DNA of 63,421 nt, counting the filler, from Licmophora abbreviata (lineage: Eukaryota), in assembly GCA_900291995.1 (NCBI GenBank). It is 8 parts of 8 records of this genome, joined end to end, with 100 filler letters (N's around TTAATTAATTAA, not from the genome) between each part and the next. Parts side by side here need not be neighbours in the genome. Positions count along the whole stretch, not along the records: positions 45,541 to 58,011 come from OLMU01001944.1; positions 58,112 to 60,667 come from OLMU01001945.1; positions 60,768 to 63,421 come from OLMU01001947.1; 5 more parts are not named here. One strand, given 5' to 3'. The stretch's first letter is position 1. Every line of letters begins with the position of its first letter. Positions 55,759-63,421 of the stretch are shown one piece after another. A program made the position numbers and the translations under genes. Below the pieces are notes generated by a model, which saw only the letters and a list, made by a program, of their open reading frames with translations, made no database searches and was not told where the DNA came from.

Positions 55759-57711
55759 ATGGCGACGAAAAGGCTGCGGGGCGACGATGCGCTCTACTCC
55801 CTCATGGAGGAGCTCTCCTCACAACAGGGATATGATGAGCAAGACGTTGTGAAAAGGGCTGGTTCGAAAGAAACCAGTCGCGCTCCTCGCGTTCGTCTTA
55901 CAGCCGAAGTTGACGGGTATCCATCAGGATCCTCGTCGTTTACCACAGAACAATCCCTTCCAACGGGGAGCATTTGGAATCCATTGGTCCGCTCCTCTTG
56001 TAACGCTGACTTAAGTTCTACCCGATTTCCCCCCACAAATCCGCATGTGGAAGTATTTCGACGGAGAGCCTACGAGAAATTCAAGTCCGAGTTTCGCGCT
56101 GTGCTGGACCGGGTCATCGCCAACAACCCGACGGGGAGCAACAAGCCCAAAAGCTTGTGGGGAGACTTGGCGATACCCTCTCTACTTGAAAGGTGGCACT
56201 TTGATGTGAAATTGGAAGAGTTTCTGGAGCTTCAACAGCGTCACCCCACGGGGATGGCGACGGCTCAAGTTACGAACTTCTCGACCGCCGAGATCCGAAG
56301 TGCCATGTTACACGGGCGTGAGGGAGAACAGGCTCTTTCGATGGACCCGATTCTTGTATCGGGTAGTCCAAGGAGTCCCACTGGACAAACAGGCGATCAG
56401 AGTTTGCGCAAGTTTCGTTCTCCATCAGTGCTTCTTGGAGAAGAACTTAAGTTTGAATGGACTCGGACTTGGCGAAGGATACGTGGGGAACGTCCCGACA
56501 TGACCGCTCTTGACGCTGTATTTGGGTCGAAGGGGTATCGAAAGAAGGTCTCGAAAATCAGTCAAGCAATACGTTTTCAGTGTCTAGACGCCGAGACGGG
56601 GCTTGCAAGCGAAATCACGAGGAGAGCTGCCATGGAGGACAAACTCTCTTCCTCCAGCAAACATTCGAACAAATCGCTACCGAAAGTAATTACTATGGAG
56701 GACGACGAAGAAGTAGATGTGAAATTCTCCGGACTCTCCTTTCGAATTCATCAAGATCATTTTGAAAAGCTTCAAGTTATGTTTGATCGCATGCACCCGT
56801 CCAGTATCGACGAAACGACTCATCGGGCGTCGTTCGCTTCTGCTCTCTTCTGTCTGCTCGCCCGCTATGACATGCTGCAGGGAGCCGGATTGCAGGCGAG
56901 CATGCAGGGACCTGTGTTCGACGTACTTTTGAAGCACTTTGACTGCCGCATGGAATGTTTCGCCTCTCCATTAAATTGCCGCTACGAACGCTTCTGTTCG
57001 GCCTATACCGACACGGATGCCGCCTTTGGTAGTGTCGGTAGCTTCTTTGACTATGACTTTGCAGCAAGGGGCGGCTGCTACCAAGCGAATCCGCCCTTTA
57101 CCACGAACTTTATGCGATCTATGTACAAAACGATGGATCAATCCTTGTCTCGCTGCACTGACAAGCCGCTCATGTTTGTCGTTGTTGTGCCCGCGTGGGA
57201 AGACACGGAGGGATGGAAAGCGCTACGTGACTCCTCCCATTTGAATCGTCACATGACGATTCCTCAGGAATCACACTACTACTGCGAAGGTACGCAACAT
57301 CGACGAAAGGAGCGGTACCGCGTAGCATCGTTCGATACATCCATCTTCTTTCTGCAAAACGAGCTCGCGCGACGTCAATGGCACATTGCAGACGAGCAGT
57401 TGCACGACCTGCGAGCCGCCTTTGCCCAGAATCCAGAAGATGACAAAGCGGAGATGGCGAGCACCCCTGTGCCAACTGGTGACCGTTCATATAAGAGGGC
57501 CAAGTCGTCGAAATCCTCGAAACTCTCTTCGACGGAACCTCCTCCGCAACCCGCCAAGATGGATAATGCCTCTACTGGCAGCAGTGATGTAGCAACTAAA
57601 TCTTCGCATCGCAAAAGGGACAAGAAGAAGCGAAAGCGACAGAAACCTCTGGATGACGGCGACGAAGAAGACAAGCAGAGAATTATTCTCGATTCGCTGG
57701 GTTTGGGTTAA
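55759..57711 (+). CDS. PCIF1/CAPAM-like cap adenosine N6-methyltransferase (start uncertain)
   Basis: LLARY...GLQAS...ECFASPLN..FCSAY.DTD..FGSVGSFF...YQANPPF, FVVVVPAW. Confidence 0.85.
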   Translation: MATKRLRGDDALYSLMEELSSQQGYDEQDVVKRAGSKETSRAPRVRLTAEVDGYPSGSSSFTTEQSLPTGSIWNPLVRSSCNADLSSTRFPPTNPHVEVFRRRAYEKFKSEFRAVLDRVIANNPTGSNKPKSLWGDLAIPSLLERWHFDVKLEEFLELQQRHPTGMATAQVTNFSTAEIRSAMLHGREGEQALSMDPILVSGSPRSPTGQTGDQSLRKFRSPSVLLGEELKFEWTRTWRRIRGERPDMTALDAVFGSKGYRKKVSKISQAIRFQCLDAETGLASEITRRAAMEDKLSSSSKHSNKSLPKVITMEDDEEVDVKFSGLSFRIHQDHFEKLQVMFDRMHPSSIDETTHRASFASALFCLLARYDMLQGAGLQASMQGPVFDVLLKHFDCRMECFASPLNCRYERFCSAYTDTDAAFGSVGSFFDYDFAARGGCYQANPPFTTNFMRSMYKTMDQSLSRCTDKPLMFVVVVPAWEDTEGWKALRDSSHLNRHMTIPQESHYYCEGTQHRRKERYRVASFDTSIFFLQNELARRQWHIADEQLHDLRAAFAQNPEDDKAEMASTPVPTGDRSYKRAKSSKSSKLSSTEPPPQPAKMDNASTGSSDVATKSSHRKRDKKKRKRQKPLDDGDEEDKQRIILDSLGLG

Positions 57712-57889
57712 GTCCCACTACTTGAGCATCATATGTTGACCTGCACAGTATGATAGAGCTAACAGAACTGCCGCACCCTTCCTGGGACACGTGTAGCTAC
57801 GCTCTACTAGTGAAGTATATAGATCAGCTTTGCGTCTTCCCGACACTTTCAAATTTGCTCAACCACTGAGCCCGGTGCAGCACACGATT

Positions 57890-58744
57890 ATGGCAACGTC
57901 CGGAGCCCCAGGCACGTTACACATGAACAAAAAGGAAATAAGGGTAGGCAAACTGTAATTACTCGTAGAGGTCCCACGTTCGTGAGAGTCGAATGAATCA
58001 ATCACTGTAGGNNNNNNNNNNNNNNNNNNNNNNNNNNNNNNNNNNNNNNNNNNNNTTAATTAATTAANNNNNNNNNNNNNNNNNNNNNNNNNNNNNNNNN
58101 NNNNNNNNNNNGGAATCCAAGGGATACGATATCACTTTTGGCGTGACTGCCGAACGAGAGGAGGGAACGACTGTAGTCAAGGTAAACTACGATTGAGGGA
58201 GCAGACTGGAGCAGATTGGATCTTTGACGCGTTGAACCCCACGACTCACACTCGCGACGCTGTCAATTCCTTACACTACAACGTGAAACCTCAAAAACAG
58301 GAAGCCGCTCGTGTCGATGCGCAAGTTGCTCCCATTACAGGCAAGTTCCTGGTCGGATCGGTCCCTTGCATGCTCGTCTTTTGCATGGACAATGAGTACT
58401 CCTGGTTCCGCGAAAAGTTGGTCAGTTACCGCATTACGGTGACGCCTCCGAATGCCGACACTTTGCTCGGCGGCCGGCGGCGTCGGGCCAAGGCGTGCCT
58501 CCTCAAGGTCGATGAAGACTTCGCGAGTGCGCAGACGAGGCTTCGTTCTACCATGGAGTCCAAGACTTCTTTGGAAGCAGAGGTAGGAAAGTTGGCAAAA
58601 GAATTGGAAGAGAAGAAGAAGAGCCTTCAGGTGGCTGCCAAAGAAGAATCGTGGTTGCAGACGAGAGTTGCTTTACGAAAGCAGCAGAAGGCACTACTGG
58701 AGGATCGATTGAAGAACGGATGGAATGATGAACCGAAGAAGTAG
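57890..58744 (+). CDS. GOLD-domain plus coiled-coil protein, multi-exon, interrupted by a linker (intron 58182-58300)
   Basis: YDITFGV...LVFCMDNEYSWFREKLVSY, then a heptad coiled coil. Confidence 0.75.
58012..58111. other. Artificial linker inside the GOLD gene
   Basis: N44-TTAATTAATTAA-N44. Confidence 0.99.
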
Positions 58745-59116
58745 ACATCCGCGTAGGTTGAGCATTCGTTGAAGACGGGGATGGGGAAGGAGGAGTCCCA
58801 TGCTCGATGGGACGATTAGTGGTGGGGTCGCATGCGCACGAGATTGTAACCGGCACAACTATTCAGAGATAACGACGCCTATGCTTAGGACACCAATGTG
58901 TTTTAAAAACTCTGGAATATCCTGTGTTTCTGCTTTATGTTGCTAGAATAACCGTCGTCTGGTAGTTTGTAGCGATCGCCCTGGGTGTTGCCAGGGTTGG
59001 TCTCCATGGCTAATGACGATGATGGTGATGAGCTAATCGTAATCTACGTTTCTCAGGCCTAAGTTCGTCAAGAGGGTATCTGCATTGTCTTACATGGGCG
59101 GCCGTCGAGTTTCGAT

Positions 59117-60346
59117 TCACTGGTTCATCTTGTCCCACGTTTCCACAAGTCGCTTCAAGAAGACTTCGTTTTCTTTGGCCGTCCCTATTGTAACTCGAAT
59201 ACACTCGCCACAGTGCATTTCACTACCACGGTATCGTGTCACGACACCGCTGTCCGCCATGTCCACATAGATGGCTTTGGCAAACTGCTTCATTCGGAAC
59301 AAGATAAAGTTCGAGTCGGAAGGGAATACTTGCGTCACAAAGGACAGCTTCCGCAGCGCCGCATCCACCTTGCTGCGCTCTTCCAGCAGCACTCGCACAT
59401 GCTCTTCCAGGACGTCCACATGCTTCAAGGCATTGATTGCCACTTCAGACGTCATACTATTGACATTGTAGGGCGCTTTGACGTTGTTCATGAGCTGAAT
59501 GACGTCCGGTGAGCCCATGCAGAAGCCGCAGCGAATGCCGGCGAGGCCAAAGGCCTTTGACAGCGTTTGAAGAACCACGACATTGGGATACTGCGCAATC
59601 AGCGAAATGGCGGATCCCTTGTCGCTAAAGTCCACATACGCTTCGTCCACCACCACCAGGCCTTGGTAACGACTCGAAGAGGCAATCTTTATGACTTCGT
59701 CGAGCGGAATCGACTTGCAAGTGGGGTTTCCTGGACTGCAGATGAAGAGAAGTTTCGTCTGGGGCGTGACCGCTTGAAGCATCTGTGAAGACCAAGAGCG
59801 AGGAGGATAGGTTATCATTGGGCAATCTCAGTTCTCGTCCTCGAAGCACGGTGCGGCACATCTCAGTTTGACGTACCTCATCGACTCGCAAGTCAAAGTC
59901 TGGGGTCAAGGGACACTCCACTACCTGAGCATCGTTCACCTTAGCACAGACCTTGTACATACCGTACGTGGGTGGTGTGGTGAGGATGTTGTCTTGTCCC
60001 GGCTGACAAAAGATACGCATCAAGAGGTCAATTGCCTCGTCTGAGCCTACCCCGACGAAAATGTTGCGGGCGTCATGCCATGGCCTCGGTACGCCGCCCA
60101 CTGTTCCTTAAGTGCAATCTGGTAGGGGTCTGGGTAGCGCTCGAGTGTCAAGTGATTATCGTAGGGATCCAAAGAGTTCGTGGGGACCGAGGTGGGTCCC
60201 AGCGCGTTCTCGTTGGCATCCAACAAGACGCCGGAACTATAGTCATCCCGGGCACAGCGGTAGGGATGGAGTTCGAGAATGTTGGGTCGAGCCAGCTTGT
60301 GAGCGATTCCAGACGGATGCTCTTGCTTCTTTTCTTCTTCCTTCAT
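59117..60346 (-). CDS. hisC: Histidinol-phosphate aminotransferase (intron 59876-59783; homopolymer frameshift at 60068-60070)
   Basis: PYRCARDD, LDANEN, RYPDP, GVGSDEAID, CSPGNPT, VDEAY, TLSKAFGLAGIRCG (PLP lysine). Confidence 0.94.
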
Positions 60347-60667
60347 TGTACGGAGTAGTCGAGGGAAGCGGGGGTGGCCTAAAGAAGTGCGATGCAGAAG
60401 ATAATGCTCTTGACAGCACTGCGATGATGCGCTCAGTTTTTTTGTGACACGCGGTGTGGGGTGACGATGACATGGGATGCAAGAATGGCGAGAAAACCGC
60501 GGCATGATGAATTCCGCTCGAACTTCAACGTGGTCCACCCATAATATGTCAATTCTCAATGAGAAATTTTCATATACAAAGAAAACCCGTAGGTTCCTAG
60601 GTGACTGATAGAAATATGATACGTCATCTGAAGGAGGGACGCCGCACAGACTCTCCCGCTTCACGCT

Positions 60668-60767
60668 NNNNNNNNNNNNNNNNNNNNNNNNNNNNNNNNN
60701 NNNNNNNNNNNTTAATTAATTAANNNNNNNNNNNNNNNNNNNNNNNNNNNNNNNNNNNNNNNNNNNN
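60668..60767. other. Artificial linker
   Basis: N44-TTAATTAATTAA-N44. Confidence 0.99.
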
Positions 60768-60867
60768 CGTCAATGATGTTTTGATGCGGCTATTCAGTGT
60801 GCTTCGTTTCCTTTTCTCTCTGTCATCTGAAGCTGTGAAACGCATGTCACAACTATAAGGGATTGGA

Positions 60868-61395
60868 ATGGGTGGAGTCTGTTCCCGTTCGGCGATCACT
60901 GATTCGGTAAGCCTCAAAGTGGACGCCCCCGTCGAGGTTTTGTGGGAAACCATCGGCGATACGGAAGCGTACGCGTCGTTTCTAAGCCATGTCAAATGGA
61001 TCAAGTGCCATCAAGACAGCGGAGATGTAAAAGTCGGAACACGCTATCAGGAAACAAGAGAATACGTCGGCTTTTCATTCACAGTGAACATTACGGTAAC
61101 AGAAGTGGGCACCGATCCTCTCCACATCTGCCTCGGCGGCAGCTTTGCAAAAGGACCGCATATCCATAATGTGGAGTATTCCATGACCATGATGTTGTTT
61201 CCTGTTGACGAGATATCGTGTGAAGTTCTGGGGACATTCGGATTTCAACCCGGTGGGATGCGGGGCTGGCTGAAGCAGGCAACGTGTCATGGCTGTTTGG
61301 TTCGTGAAGGGCATCAAGTGCTCCAAGCCGAGCTGGAGGACTATGCCACCGAGGCTGTGAGGCGATATGAGGAAAGAAAGGGGCAGGTCCAGTAA
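60868..61395 (+). CDS. SRPBCC/polyketide-cyclase-like (START fold) protein
   Basis: SLKVDAPVEVLWETIGD..Y..F, VGTRYQETR, C-terminal helix; N-terminus MGGVC. Confidence 0.75.
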   Translation: MGGVCSRSAITDSVSLKVDAPVEVLWETIGDTEAYASFLSHVKWIKCHQDSGDVKVGTRYQETREYVGFSFTVNITVTEVGTDPLHICLGGSFAKGPHIHNVEYSMTMMLFPVDEISCEVLGTFGFQPGGMRGWLKQATCHGCLVREGHQVLQAELEDYATEAVRRYEERKGQVQ

Positions 61396-61452
61396 CTAGT
61401 GGAACATCTGCTTTGTGCCTTGATACTCCAAGATGTTGAATATCAACACATA

Positions 61453-62530
61453 CTACGTTTCGTTAACAAATACTTTTCTTCCGCCACACTTTTGCAACCA
61501 CATCTCCAGCCATTCTTTCGCAACGCGAGGTCGTTCATCCATGTTGAAATCTTCCGGTATCCTCCCCATCTGCTTGGCTCTACCAAAGTTGGAATGCGCA
61601 AAGTGAGCTCCTCTCATCTTGACAGGTGTCACAACACGACACGATTCCTCCGAGTCCCAGTTGATATCGCGACTCAAGAAGCCTTCCAAGACTTCATGCA
61701 TGGAGTGGAACATAGTAGGCCCTGTGCGCCTGTACATGGATACAAGCGTCTTCTGGTCGCTGTCAATCTGCTTTTGGTCGGCATGTTCCACCAGGCGCTT
61801 GGCAAGACGCAACCACTCGTTTGCCGAACCCGAAACCATGCTAGGGCAGAGACCATCGTGTACTGTCAAAGAGCCGGAGAAGGGCAAGTCTTCTCCAACC
61901 TGATTTCGAAAGTCATGAAGCGGTAGGACATCGTAGTCACACATCCAGCCACCTCCCACCGATGCCATGGCGACCCATCGAAGGAAGCAGAGTTTCTGTC
62001 GATCGAAAAGTTGACTGGTGAGGAGTCCGGGCTCAACATGTTTCCAATAGTCTCCCTCCATTACTCACATTGTACTCCCCAGTCGGCAAGGTATCAACTA
62101 CGTTCTTGATGTTCCTATAGTCAATGTGCAGCTCCGCATCCTTCAATGTCAACACGCGAGGCTCCCATCCTGCATCGCTCCAAGCTTTCTTCCACACCTC
62201 AATCAGTTCTCCATGAGCATCGTGCGTCATTCCAGCTGGCTTGTTTTGAGAATCAATGGGATTGTAAAAGGTATGCATCACGGGGCGCTCACTGGACTGC
62301 TGAAGTTGTCGAGATGAAGATGATGTAGCTCGCATGTGAGGCGTCGCTTGCAAAAGGGTCATCGCGATGCTAGTCGACGACTGGCGTCTCCACTTGAACA
62401 AATTCAGGGACGCTACAAGAGCCACAGAGGCAATGCATAGGATAACTTTGATCCTCATTCTTAGAGAACGACCCTCTTTTCGTAAGAGGGAACGGAGCAA
62501 GTCTTTGGTGGCTGTCATGGTGAATGCCAT
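61453..62530 (-). CDS. Type II membrane glycosyltransferase-like protein with DxD motif (intron 62068-61996; start uncertain)
   Basis: N-terminal TM, WKKAWSDAGWEPRVL, CFLRWVAMASVGGGWMCDYD. Confidence 0.7.
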
Positions 62531-62837
62531 GCGAAGACTGCAAATTGTGAAACCTGCCGGTTCGGAATGCCAGTCGATGAGGCCCAGCAAGTTATCAAAG
62601 AGAGAGAATGCCAGTGAGTGGAAGGAACCCGGTTGTACAAGCAGCGCGCCAGCCCTGATCGAGATTTTTCAGACTTGCATGCCGTCTACGTGGATATGTA
62701 CCATATCGGGACGCACGTAGAATCACTATCACTGCGAGCGTGATTCGATATCACGCCTGCCCACACAGGTGTGCTGCCCATGAGAGTGCGAACGGCTCTT
62801 CAGTCCATCTGCTAGCCGCTTTCTCTCATTCAGAACC

Positions 62838-63421
62838 ATGTCAGAAGAAGCCAGAGGCAGTTCGACAGCGTCGGATGCCATGTCGGGACAACGCAGCTCC
62901 AGTGCGGGAGGAGCCGCAGAATCTGTCGCCGCCGGATGCGCACTGCGAGAAGAGGCCCGTTCGAATGCTACCGCCTTGTACACGACTTCATCGTCCGCGA
63001 CCCATGTGGCCGATGGTTTGGCCGTATTCATGTGGGGGCGTGGTGAAGATGGGCAGCTGGGTCTAGGAGACACGTCTGATCAAGATGAACCGACGTTTGT
63101 CGACGCTCTGCGTGGAGTGGGAGTCAGGCAGATTGCGTGTGGTAGTGGGCATACTGTGGTGCTGACGAGCGAAGGCAACGTTTACACGTGGGGACGAGGC
63201 GACGATGGAAGGTTGGGACATGGAGACAATGGATGGAAGTATGTCCCGCGACTGGCGCAGTCGTTGGCAGGGCAGGTCGTCGTGCAAGTCACGTGTGGGT
63301 CGGTGAGTAGCTGTGTCAGACGGATTTTGACGAGATCATTTCGCACGTCTTTTGTCTCTCAATTTTTTGCGTTTCTTCGTTCGTTTCTTGCTAGTACCAT
63401 ACTGCTGCAGTGACTGGAAAC
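62838..63421 (+). CDS. RCC1-repeat protein, 3' truncated (intron 63303-63394)
   Basis: VFMWGRGEDGQLGLGD, IACGSGHT..VYTWGRGDDGRLGHGD, VTCGS-YHTAAV. Confidence 0.9.

Noticed and set aside
44977..60346. CDC23, hisC and the WD40 gene as pseudogenes
   Set aside because: Each has a single homopolymer indel with otherwise intact motifs, and CDC23 and hisC are expected to be essential

Overview
This window is a concatenation of assembly pieces joined by seven artificial 100-nt linkers (44 N + TTAATTAATTAA + 44 N), and it holds DNA from two domains of life. Bases 1-3763 are a GC-rich, intron-free alphaproteobacterial (Rhodobacteraceae/Roseobacter-like) fatty-acid locus: fabD'-fabG-acpP-fabF-mltG'. 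Bases 3864-63421 are gene-dense nuclear DNA of a diatom-like stramenopile, with short GT-AG introns and bipartite ASAFAP-type plastid presequences. The eukaryotic part encodes an ammonium transporter; three adjacent plastid enzymes (PDH E2 with three lipoyl and two E3-binding domains, FabZ, KARI); Deg protease; CSA/ERCC8; ATG14/UVRAG-like protein; a TALE homeodomain protein; Cdc37; three tandem LCIB/theta-type carbonic anhydrases; a focadhesin/RST1-like protein; a SET protein; an SBDS-N/Rtc3-like protein; a DIS3-family RNase; PDI-C/ERV; CDC23; an NTT/TLC transporter; a PCIF1-like methyltransferase; HisC and others. The best candidates for undescribed biology are a long structured KARI intron that could act as a splicing switch, the linked plastid pyruvate/acetyl-CoA genes with a shared bidirectional promoter, the theta-CA array, an in-frame stop-free Cdc37 intron and a degenerate FtsJ/RlmM-like methyltransferase. 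The bacterium-diatom juxtaposition is most likely a phycosphere contaminant. Four frameshifts all fall in homopolymers and look like sequencing errors. All family calls come from motif recognition by eye; no database search was run.
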